From contig CANOGH010000001.1 in the NCBI GenBank assembly GCA_947565505.1, positions 1 to 48,241 on the forward strand: 48,241 bases of DNA, read 5' to 3'. A model generated the notes under the pieces. That model did no database searches and had not been told where the DNA came from. It worked only from the letters and a program-made list of their open reading frames with translations. Source of the stretch: an uncultured Candidatus Saccharibacteria bacterium (lineage in GTDB: Bacteria > Patescibacteriota > Saccharimonadia > Saccharimonadales > Saccharimonadaceae). The position numbers were made by a program, and so were the translations under genes. Positions 17,382 through 25,558 of the stretch are shown piece after piece (within the stretch, counting starts at the first letter, position 1; each line of letters starts with the position of its first letter).

Positions 17382-17914
17382 TAGAGTGTAAGTTTGAGAG
17401 ACTTCGCAGTCTAAAATTAGCGGATTTTAGTGGTGATAACGGAAGAATTAGACAGGAGGAGAAGGATTGTGGGGTCACTTGAGTGAAGGATCTTAGCGAA
17501 AGTAATGAGGTCCGGAATGGGTTCGCTCAATTAGCTTGAAAGACGGCATCTATGAGCACTGAGGATGAAGGTTCTTTAAGAATATCGAGGCTTCAGTGGC
17601 GAAAATAGTACGCTGGTGGAGCGTGGATTGAATGTAAAATGTGGAGAACTAGCGTGTTTTCATGAGAAGCCGCAAGCGCTTGGCGGCGCATAGATCTCGT
17701 GCGCAAGATTAAGGGTGGCGTGGAGCAGCTATGGTCGGACATGTGTATTGGTGATATTAGAGGAGGATACATGTCTGAATAAATGACGAGGACGAAAGAT
17801 GACTTGAGGTTTTCCTATGAGGCGGAGGATTAGCACTTGTCATGCTGGGTGAGTGAAAATAGCTGCAAGGTGGAAAATAGCCTTAAAACATAGTAAGGGT
17901 CATAAAGCCACAAA
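17382..17914 (+). ncRNA. ROOL-like large ornate ncRNA
   Basis: ORF-free and follows a TATACT -10 (17370-17375). Many helices: CACTGAGG/CTTCAGTG, GCTCA/TGAGC, ACGCT/AGCGT, GCCGC/GCGGC, GCGCA/TGCGC, GACATGT/ACATGTC, long-range GCAGCTAT/ATAGCTGC. Ordered motifs CTTGAGTGAAG, CACTGAGGAT, GAGAAC, GTCGGACATG, TCTGAAT and GGTGAGTGAAAATAGCTGCAAGGTGGAAAATAGCCTTAAAAC resemble ROOL RNA as recalled from memory. Ends approximate. Confidence 0.75.
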
Positions 17915-18241
17915 GCCCCAGAGGGAGTGCAGGTAAGGGTGGGCATCACCTGACTATGGTCCTCTGGGGCTATGTAGCCCTACAACACATCGTCGTTCGA
18001 CTCCGGATAGCTCCGGAAGCGCGACCCACCTCACACAAACACGGGGCCCGCCGGTTATAGGGATTGTAATGCTTTTGAAAGATTCCCTAAAAGTGGAGGT
18101 AGTACTTACAGTTTGCGACATTAAGAAGAAATCGCAAACCCTAGGGGTTTCAAAAGCACACAATTATCTATTGCCTAATCGAGACTAGACAATAGCAATT
18201 TGTTTTTTTAGGTACAGTTGGAGTCTGTTTAACTCTAACTA
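17914..18241 (-). ncRNA. Unassigned structured RNA convergent on the ROOL-like RNA
   Basis: Perfect promoter upstream; a series of hairpins, several with G-U pairs that form only on the minus strand; possible GGTGGG/CCCACC pseudoknot; ends in the 11-bp stem AGCCCCAGAGG/CCTCTGGGGCT. Confidence 0.55.
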
Positions 18242-18247
18242 ATAAGC

Positions 18248-18276
18248 ATTATAGCACACGGAGGATTAAATGTCAA
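18248..18276 (-). promoter_or_regulatory. Perfect sigma70 promoter overlapping the dprA RBS and start
   Basis: Minus strand TTGACA (18276-18271)-17 bp-TATAAT (18253-18248) with extended TG. Confidence 0.7.
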
Positions 18277-19577
18277 TACTTTTTTCAGACTTTTTTGCAA
18301 AAAACAATGAAATTCGACCCCAAGAAGCGGAATTTACAGAGGTGTTAGAGTCCATTGCGCTAACGCCTAAAACATTATATTTTTATGGAAAAATTCCCCA
18401 AAAGAGGGTTAAAACGGTAGCAATTGTGGGTACACGAAAGTTTACTAAATATGGCGAAAATGTGGCTTACCAGTTGGCTTATACATTAGCGAAATGTGGG
18501 GTGGTGGTGATTTCGGGATTGGCTTACGGGATTGATTCAATTGGCCACCGTGGGGCTCTGGATGCGGGCGGAGTGACTTTGGCGGTTTTAGGAACGCCGA
18601 TTAACGAGATTTATCCGCGAGAGCATCGAGGTTTGGCGGCAGAGATTGTTGAGAAGGACGGAGCGGTTATTAGCGAATTGGCTCCAGGAGAAAGTTATTA
18701 TGCTAAGACCTGCTTCTTGCGGCGAAATCGTATCATTGCTGGATTAGCGGATGCAGTGATCGTGGTGGAGGCGGCGGAGAGGAGTGGATCTTTAAATACT
18801 GCTGCGCACGCCGTGGAGCAGGGTAAGGAGGTGTTTGCGGTGCCAGGAGATGTGACTAGGCCGATGTCACGGGGTTGTAATCGCCTGATTGCGGCTGGGG
18901 CTTATGTTTGTTCTGGGGCGGAAGATGTTTTGGCGGTATTATTTCCAGAAAGGGTAAGCTTGGGTCGAGAGAAGGATGAGCGTAAGTTTAGGCGAGCTAG
19001 TTCCTCTAAGAGGCGGATTATTCAGGATAAAACTTGTCATGATGGTAATGAGTTTAAGGGCAGGGTATCGGATACGAAAACTGAAGCTAGCACAATATCA
19101 TGTTCTACTGCAAAATCAGTTAGTTATGAGTGCGATGCTAGTGAGGCTGACCAAATTAGGCCTGAGAGCCACGAAAATGCCCTTTTGGGGCATACTGTTA
19201 CAAAAGCTGGGCATAATCAATGTCGGAGTAAACAGGCCTTGCAGGATAAGCAAAAGGTGGCAAAAACGGCGATTTCGCATCGATCTGGGCGGGATATTGG
19301 AGCCTTAGCTATGGCGTCGCAACAACAAAAACCTCAATTATCTCAGCTACTTACTGAATCTGGATCTGATAAGAATCTAGAAGCTGAGAATTTTCAGGAT
19401 AATTTGGATCCGGAAAAGCTGATTTTGAAGGAAATACGCAGCGGCAAGCGTGGTAGTGAAGAGCTGTTTCAGGGTAGTGGGTTGGAGATTGCTGATTTTA
19501 ACCGTTTGTTGATGACCTTGGAGTTAAATGGCCAAATCAGGACGACGGATGGGTTGAACTGGTATTTGGCGCAATGA
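18270..19577 (+). CDS. dprA: DNA-processing protein DprA with a long linker insertion
   Basis: VAIVGTRK, ISGLAYGID, RRNRIIAGL, SGSLNTA and FAVPG motifs; C-terminal LMTLELNG winged helix; GGAGG RBS. Confidence 0.93.
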   Translation: MSILFSDFFAKNNEIRPQEAEFTEVLESIALTPKTLYFYGKIPQKRVKTVAIVGTRKFTKYGENVAYQLAYTLAKCGVVVISGLAYGIDSIGHRGALDAGGVTLAVLGTPINEIYPREHRGLAAEIVEKDGAVISELAPGESYYAKTCFLRRNRIIAGLADAVIVVEAAERSGSLNTAAHAVEQGKEVFAVPGDVTRPMSRGCNRLIAAGAYVCSGAEDVLAVLFPERVSLGREKDERKFRRASSSKRRIIQDKTCHDGNEFKGRVSDTKTEASTISCSTAKSVSYECDASEADQIRPESHENALLGHTVTKAGHNQCRSKQALQDKQKVAKTAISHRSGRDIGALAMASQQQKPQLSQLLTESGSDKNLEAENFQDNLDPEKLILKEIRSGKRGSEELFQGSGLEIADFNRLLMTLELNGQIRTTDGLNWYLAQ

Positions 19578-20255
19578 AGTGGTGGTTATATATAGGTAAT
19601 TTGGAGATTATGGTTTGCGCAAGGTGGTTAAAGCCCATGATGACATGGAGACGTTATGGCTTTTCTAATAATCTTATTAACTGTCCGGTATGACAAGCTG
19701 CTAGTTAAATTCTTCTAATTAGTGCAGAGCGTGTCTGAGGCGTGTTATTCGGCTGCTTAATTGTATAAAATAAAATTAACTAACTGAAGATCTAGGATAC
19801 ATCTCTTTTTTGACTATTTCCAGTTGGCTGAATACTGTCGTAGCCATTGAATAAATAGATCTGGAATAGGGTTATTTTTGATTTTCCGGTCGCGTTTCAT
19901 TACTTGTAGGCGTGCGAGTGAAAAAATAATCTTGCTTGTTTTTTGTGTCGATCCTTAAGAAGATAAGGTGAAGCGAATCGAGGCCTATCCTGTTCTGCGA
20001 CGTTGCAGAATGATCCTGTAAGAAAAATTGATTCTCGAAAGCAATGGAGCGACCGATTGCGGGAGCAATCTGCCAGAGTTTACTCTGAGAGTGTTGAGCT
20101 TGAGTAGTAAAAGTAATGGAAGAATGGGACTTTATTCTATCTCTTTGGAGAAAAACCGTTTTAGCGCAAGATGCTAAGGCTGACATTAATTTATTAAAGT
20201 GAGGTTGGAAATGAAGGGATTTTTAATTTGATGGTTTTTGTGTTATAATGACACT

Positions 20256-20588
20256 ATGAAGATGTGTCTCAATACTGCTGGTGAAGTGTGTGAATTACGA
20301 CTAAACAAAGAGGTGTATTTTTTTGAGGATAAAATGCATTTAGCGGAAAAGATTTTTAGTTTTATAGAGGAAAAGTTGACTGATTGTGGTGCGAATTGGC
20401 AAGATATTACAGAGATCGAGTTTTTTACTGGTCCAGGTTCGTTTACTGGGTTGAGGATTGGGGCGGCCGTAGTGAATGCCGTGGCTGATTGCCTCGGCAT
20501 TCCCATTTTGGATCAAAATGGTCGGCAACACAAAATTGTGTTGCCGGACTACGGCCGCCCCGCACGTATCTCTACGCCGCGAAAATAA
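20256..20588 (+). CDS. tsaB: Short TsaB (t6A biosynthesis) homolog
   Basis: GPGSFTGLRIG motif; probable leaderless start ATG 20256, 6 nt after TATAAT. Confidence 0.85.
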   Translation: MKMCLNTAGEVCELRLNKEVYFFEDKMHLAEKIFSFIEEKLTDCGANWQDITEIEFFTGPGSFTGLRIGAAVVNAVADCLGIPILDQNGRQHKIVLPDYGRPARISTPRK

Positions 20589-20595
20589 ATTATCT

Positions 20596-20629
20596 AAAAA
20601 CGAAGTCCTCTGTGCTGGACTTCGTTTTT
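20596..20629. terminator. Bidirectional intrinsic terminator
   Basis: AAAAACGAAGTCC-loop-GGACTTCGTTTTT between tsaB and the CRISPR trailer. Confidence 0.85.
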
Positions 20630-20637
20630 GCTGGTGA

Positions 20638-20729
20638 ACGTTAGTTTAACACAGTACTCAAACAGATTTCAAGGAATGCACTACGGTATTTACGTTCAGT
20701 TACACGTTAGTTTAACACAGTACTCAAAC
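20638..20729 (-). CRISPR. Minimal orphan type II-A-like CRISPR array (1 full repeat, 1 spacer, 1 truncated repeat)
   Basis: 36-nt repeat GTTTGAGTACTGTGTTAAACTAACGTGTAACTGAAC (20694-20729); 30-nt spacer (20664-20693); identical 26-nt partial repeat (20638-20663); no cas genes in the window. Confidence 0.85.
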
Positions 20730-20836
20730 CTCAAATTAGTTTAAGTATCATGTTAGAACGATTTTACACACAACAAAACAATCGCTAACGTGTAGCTGAT
20801 GAGTATAATTGTACTTCTAATATCGTTACTTAGCAA
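20730..20836 (-). promoter_or_regulatory. CRISPR leader with promoter, leader-anchoring sequence and anti-repeat
   Basis: ATTTGAG abuts the first repeat (20730-20736); TTGCTA-17-TACAAT (20836-20808); TCAGCTACACGTTAG (20799-20785) is complementary 14/15 to the repeat 3' half. Confidence 0.8.
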
Positions 20837-20923
20837 GTAGGGCTTTTAATTCATTAATTATTTACTATTGTGGTTAGGGGTATGGCTAAGATACTAATTA
20901 CATTTACAACTTTAAGTAGTTGT

Positions 20924-21050
20924 TGCTAGACTTAGGCTTGGAGAGTTAGAGACTCGGATAATCTTGCTGATTAGAGAATCTTGGATCTAATGATATATAC
21001 GACTAATTCTCTCCACCAAAACCCTAGCCCAAGTCTTGCATTGTGCTTAT
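20924..21050 (-). ncRNA. Candidate hairpin small RNA with its own promoter
   Basis: TTGACT-17-TACAAT (21085-21057); stems GACTTGGGCT/AGCCTAAGTC (G-U on the minus strand) and TGGAGAG/CTCTCCA; no ORF. Confidence 0.4.
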
Positions 21051-21312
21051 ACTATCATTGTATCACAGATTTGGTAAAAAGTCAATAGGAAAATCATTAA
21101 TTAGGTGTCATCTCGTGGTTAACACGCCTCATCTTTGGAAAAAAGAATTATTTTAATGCAACGCATTGAGCATAAAAGTTCATTATAAAAAACAAGACTC
21201 AGCTGGTAAGAAAAATGTCAACAGTTCATGAAGGAGACACTATGCTCATCCCTAAATGAGGAGAGTAGCATTTTGATGGGTGGTTGACAGAACTTTTATA
21301 GATTTTGGCAAT

Positions 21313-21621
21313 TTATTTAACTTGATCGGCAAAATCTTTGACTTTATCAGTGTATTGTTTAAGGTTGGAGTCGGGCAGATAGCGGTTGACCGCATCGTCA
21401 ACATCGTCTGGTTGAATAATGCCGAAGGTTAGTAGGAGGAAAATAAAAATTCCAACCGTAAAGGCAACGGAAAGTAAAGAAAGCAAGATTTTGATGGGCC
21501 AAAAGACGGTTTTAAGGGCCTTAAACACTAAAATGAGAATCATGACCCCGATGACGGCGGCTACAATCCAAACCCAGCTAGGCAGGGTGGCGAAATCAAT
21601 CTTTTCAAGGTTGTTAAACAT
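21313..21621 (-). CDS. Two-TM membrane protein of unknown function
   Basis: Two hydrophobic helices; 1-nt overlap with the pth stop. Confidence 0.75.
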   Translation of the reverse strand: MFNNLEKIDFATLPSWVWIVAAVIGVMILILVFKALKTVFWPIKILLSLLSVAFTVGIFIFLLLTFGIIQPDDVDDAVNRYLPDSNLKQYTDKVKDFADQVK

Positions 21622-22151
21622 TATTTTTCTCCTATAAAATTATTAATTTTAGAACAAATTTGAGAAAGTAACGTGGGGAGAGCAGTTTTTTCGTCTGTCG
21701 TGAATTTACCAAGTACGAATTTAGTGTCACCGAGTCTTTGACGAATAGCCGGATTATTGGTGCCTAATCTGATTCTGGCAAAATCACTAGTTTTGAGAGC
21801 TTGAATGATGGATTTGAGACCGTTGTTGCCACCCGCAGAACCTTTAGCGCGGTAACGTATGGTACCGAAGTTGAGATCGAAGTCATCGCAAATGACTAGG
21901 ATATTTTGTAGCGGGATTTTGTAGTATGCTACAAAATCCCGCACGGCGCGCCCCGAATTGTTGTAATAATCTTGGGGCTTGATAAAAAAAGTGTCATCAA
22001 GATTATTTTTAAAATAGGGCGCACCGAACCGGGGATTTTGCCACGCAAAATCCCCAACTTTGGCGTAGTAATCAAGTGCTAAAAAGCCAAAGTTATGTCT
22101 TGTGAAATTATACTCATTTCCGGGATTGCCTAACCCTATGATGAGTTTCAT
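21621..22151 (-). CDS. pth: Peptidyl-tRNA hydrolase
   Basis: LIIGLGNPG..TRHNFGF, KPQDYYNNSG, GSAGGNNGLKS. Confidence 0.95.
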   Translation of the reverse strand: MKLIIGLGNPGNEYNFTRHNFGFLALDYYAKVGDFAWQNPRFGAPYFKNNLDDTFFIKPQDYYNNSGRAVRDFVAYYKIPLQNILVICDDFDLNFGTIRYRAKGSAGGNNGLKSIIQALKTSDFARIRLGTNNPAIRQRLGDTKFVLGKFTTDEKTALPTLLSQICSKINNFIGEK

Positions 22152-23248
22152 GATTCTTTAAAACCTTCATGTATCTTGTCTAAAAGTTGTTTATTTTTTA
22201 CTTTGAGTGTGCGTAGTCTCTGGATGTTTTCAGTAGCGTAGCGATAGGTCGGCATAAAGCGCATGACAGTTTTTTTGAGGCGTACAGGACTCAAATAAAA
22301 ACGGTTTTTTGCACTAATGTGGCGGATATTCTCTCGGACGGTAGCATTAGCTTGATCGAAGTGTTGCTGGTGTTCGTTGATGAAATTGCGAGCACTTTCT
22401 TTAATTACTTTGACTTGAGCCTTAGATTTACTATTGTTAATGGCGAAAATTTCAAAACTTTCAAATAGACGCCAAAAAAGTTCATTATACTCGTTGATCA
22501 GGTGATTCTGATTTAAGAAATCAAATAAACGGAAGGCAATATAGAGATGGTCAATGGCGATATCTTTGTCGGATTTTTCTGACCACGTGTCAGACATAAC
22601 ACTGTTGTCGTGTCGAATATAATTATAAAGCCGTTCGTTAACATAGTATGCGGTTTTACTGATGCAGAAATACGCAGAGCAAAAGTATGCGTCTTCATAA
22701 TGCAGGTTTTCCGGGAAACGGATACAGTATTCATTAATTAGGGATTTCTTAAAAATTTTGTTAGTGGGCGCAAGATCCGTAAAGAAGATGAGGTTTTCAT
22801 TAACTCCTTGGAGCCCGCTATATTTTAATGCGTAATAATTATCATCGCTAATCTTCATGTCGCGATGAGCTTGATAAATAATATTGATTTCGCAAATCGC
22901 TAAATCGGTGTCGTGATCGCTGATTGCCTGATACATCTTGGCACACATTTCTTCATCAAAGTAATCATCGCTATCACAGAAGAGTATATATTCAGCTTTT
23001 GCTTGGTCAATTCCAAGATTTCTAGCGATCGAAATGCCAGAATTCCTTTCGGTTTTTAGAATGCGAATATTCTGATTTTGCTTACTGTATTTTCGTAAAA
23101 TATCGTTAGATTTATCCGTAGAGCAGTCATCTATACAAATGATTTCGATGTCTTTGAAACTTTGATTGATAAGACTATCTAAACAATGCTCAAGATATTT
23201 TTCGGTATTATAAACTGGTACGATAATGCTAATTTTTGGTGTTTTCAT
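22148..23248 (-). CDS. Family 2 glycosyltransferase
   Basis: ISIIVPVYN, IDDCSTD, ARNLG, FCDSDD, YED motifs. Confidence 0.93.
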   Translation of the reverse strand: MKTPKISIIVPVYNTEKYLEHCLDSLINQSFKDIEIICIDDCSTDKSNDILRKYSKQNQNIRILKTERNSGISIARNLGIDQAKAEYILFCDSDDYFDEEMCAKMYQAISDHDTDLAICEINIIYQAHRDMKISDDNYYALKYSGLQGVNENLIFFTDLAPTNKIFKKSLINEYCIRFPENLHYEDAYFCSAYFCISKTAYYVNERLYNYIRHDNSVMSDTWSEKSDKDIAIDHLYIAFRLFDFLNQNHLINEYNELFWRLFESFEIFAINNSKSKAQVKVIKESARNFINEHQQHFDQANATVRENIRHISAKNRFYLSPVRLKKTVMRFMPTYRYATENIQRLRTLKVKNKQLLDKIHEGFKES

Positions 23249-24416
23249 GATTTGCTTCCTGATGTTTTTTACGTTGATCTTCTAAGAGCTTGAGCCGTGT
23301 TTCCACGAGGTCGCTTTCTGAATATAATTCGGTGATAAGCTCAGAGATGAGTGCCTGCTTGCGGTAGGTGGGGAAAATAGTCAAATAGATATCTTTTAAT
23401 TTACTACGAATGAGTAACTTGAGCTTTTGGCGCTTAATGTAAAGTTTGATGCTATTAATATTGTGATGGTTTAGAATATATTGTAACATTTCCCATTTGG
23501 GGGCATCAAAATAATTTTCAAATAAGATATGTTCGTTGTCGGCTTTTTGGAATTCTTCCTTAGTACGTTTGATAAAGTCTCTCAGAAGTTTTGGTTTAAG
23601 CCTTAAAAGATTCCAATAATAGGCGCCGAATTTGGCTGTTTCCATAATCGGACCAAGTTCTTCAAAATAGTGATATTTGCGTAAATATTCTTCGATGCTC
23701 TCATATTCGTAACAAACGTTCATTACTTTGCCGGGATTATTGACCGATGAAGACTCGTTATCAATGCGATAATGTAGAAAAGCTTCGGTTGTGAAGTAGG
23801 CGCGTTTGGCGGCGGCCCAAACTTTGAAGTTGAAACCGGTGTCTTGATACGAAGCTCCTGGTGTCGGCAAAAAACGGATATGGTTTTTATTCAAAAAGTC
23901 TCTCTTATAGATAGCTGACCAAATGGCGGGAGCTTGGAGGAAGATCCAAGTATGTCTTGCAGGGTCCACAACCTTACCAGCATCAACCGGATTGATGTAA
24001 TAGAGCTTTTTATCGGTGTGGTTTTTGTTAGTGTAATAATTAGCGCGGACAACTTCTGCATCATTGATTTTTGCTAAATGGTATAGCTTTTCAAAAGCGT
24101 CTAAATCTATATAGTCGTCAGACTCGACAATGCCGATGTACTCTCCCTTGGCTTTTTCTAGTCCAAGGTTCATGCTGTCGCCGTATCCAGAGTTTGGTTT
24201 ATCAACAACGACAATTCTTGAATCTCTTTCTTGAAAGTCTTTAATAATTTGTAGGGAATTATCTGTAGAGCCGTCGTTCAGACAGATAATTTCAATATCT
24301 TTAAATGTTTGATTAATAATGCTATTTAAACATTGTTTGAGATACTTTTCTACATTGTATATTGGTACTAGAACTGAGATTAGTGGATTGGACTTATTTT
24401 CTTTATGCTTGCTCAT
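23229..24416 (-). CDS. Family 2 glycosyltransferase
   Basis: ISVLVPIYN, NDGSTD, NSGYG, IVESDD, TPGASYQD motifs. Confidence 0.93.
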   Translation of the reverse strand: MSKHKENKSNPLISVLVPIYNVEKYLKQCLNSIINQTFKDIEIICLNDGSTDNSLQIIKDFQERDSRIVVVDKPNSGYGDSMNLGLEKAKGEYIGIVESDDYIDLDAFEKLYHLAKINDAEVVRANYYTNKNHTDKKLYYINPVDAGKVVDPARHTWIFLQAPAIWSAIYKRDFLNKNHIRFLPTPGASYQDTGFNFKVWAAAKRAYFTTEAFLHYRIDNESSSVNNPGKVMNVCYEYESIEEYLRKYHYFEELGPIMETAKFGAYYWNLLRLKPKLLRDFIKRTKEEFQKADNEHILFENYFDAPKWEMLQYILNHHNINSIKLYIKRQKLKLLIRSKLKDIYLTIFPTYRKQALISELITELYSESDLVETRLKLLEDQRKKHQEANHENTKN

Positions 24417-24486
24417 ACTGCCTTAATTGATTAAGTTAATTGCTAGACTTATACTATTGTATCTTTTTGTAGATTAGCTAATGCAC

Positions 24487-24531
24487 AAAAAGTAAGTAAG
24501 AAACAGAGCGAAACTCTTGATTCTTACTTAC
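24487..24531 (-). terminator. Intrinsic terminator downstream of galU
   Basis: 11-bp stem GTAAGTAAGAA/TTCTTACTTAC followed by a U-tract on the minus strand. Confidence 0.65.
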
Positions 24532-24594
24532 ATTGTATCATATTTTAAGATAAATAAAGTTATATATCTTGAGATATTTCTGTGATGTTTCTGA

Positions 24595-25425
24595 CTATTT
24601 TTTACAGACCACCTCATTAGCATGTACCCAACCCTCAACACTGCCGCCGTCTAGGTATTCGCCAGTGGTTGGGGCCACTCTCATGACTCCTCCTTTCTGG
24701 ATATACGTATCGATTGGGTCAGTGATTAAATACTCCTGTTCTTTAGGGCCGAAGTTGTTCTGTTTGACGTATGAGACAATTTCTTGTAATAGTGCAGCTG
24801 ACATTATGTATTTACTGACGTTAATTAAATTTGATGGGGCATTTTCTGGCTGAGGCTTTTCGACTATGGTACTTAGTTTTTCGTTCGTAACTGAGAGTAC
24901 GCCGTATTTCCCTACTTGTTCTTGGGGTATTTTCACACCTAAAATGGCGGATTCGGTTTCGTCTTGCACGGATTTCATTAGTGATTCACTAGCTGATTCT
25001 CCGTGAGGATTCCAGATAAAATCGTCTCCCATAAATACTAGAACGGGTTCGTTAAGATTATATTCTTCTACCGCCATTGCTATTGGCACTGCGGTTCCGT
25101 ATTTACCAGCGGGGTCTTGAGCTATATAGTGAACTCGGACATTCTCTGGTAGGGTTTTTGCTAACTTGAGTCGATCTTCTTTTCCTCTATCAATTAAGTA
25201 TTGATTGAGCGCAATGTTATCTTGATAAAATGCCTTCACTTGGCACGGCTCAACGTTAGATATAATAATGTAAATATCTGTTACACCTGCTTGAATTAAT
25301 TCCTGTACGGAATAATCGACTAATGGTCGGTTGCCAACTGGTAGCATTGATTTTTCAATTATTTTCGTAATCGGAAGTCTTCTCGTTCCCCAGCCAGCTA
25401 CAGGAATAATAGCCTTTGTAATCAT
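24595..25425 (-). CDS. galU: UTP-glucose-1-phosphate uridylyltransferase-like sugar nucleotidyltransferase
   Basis: KAIIPVAGWGTRRLPITK..KSMLPV, GDD, IVEKP..APSNL, EYLITD. Confidence 0.8.
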   Translation of the reverse strand: MITKAIIPVAGWGTRRLPITKIIEKSMLPVGNRPLVDYSVQELIQAGVTDIYIIISNVEPCQVKAFYQDNIALNQYLIDRGKEDRLKLAKTLPENVRVHYIAQDPAGKYGTAVPIAMAVEEYNLNEPVLVFMGDDFIWNPHGESASESLMKSVQDETESAILGVKIPQEQVGKYGVLSVTNEKLSTIVEKPQPENAPSNLINVSKYIMSAALLQEIVSYVKQNNFGPKEQEYLITDPIDTYIQKGGVMRVAPTTGEYLDGGSVEGWVHANEVVCKK

Positions 25426-25558
25426 AGTTTCCTCGCTTTTTACTTCTTATAATTCTAGCACAGTCAGATGAATTTTGCTATATGTTTGGGCGATTTAAAT
25501 TCGTTATAGCTGGCTTTGGAGAAATATTCAGGGGATTCTGTTGAAATAAATTTTATAT

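Noticed and set aside
17954-18163. 69-aa minus-strand ORF ending SPRGP
   Set aside because: Non-ATG start without an RBS and no recognisable domain; the dense base-pairing explains the region better
17382-18241. RNase P RNA, tmRNA, SRP RNA, raiA motif or group II intron
   Set aside because: No GAGGAAAGTCC/AACAGAA P4 motifs, no tag ORF with a CCA end, no SRP helix-8 motif, no domain V
19872-20186. 104-aa minus-strand ORF
   Set aside because: No motif, no RBS and atypical composition; probably spurious or an unrecognisable remnant
19578-21312. tracrRNA or cas remnants flanking the CRISPR
   Set aside because: No anti-repeat to the repeat 5' end and no Cas-like translation seen by eye
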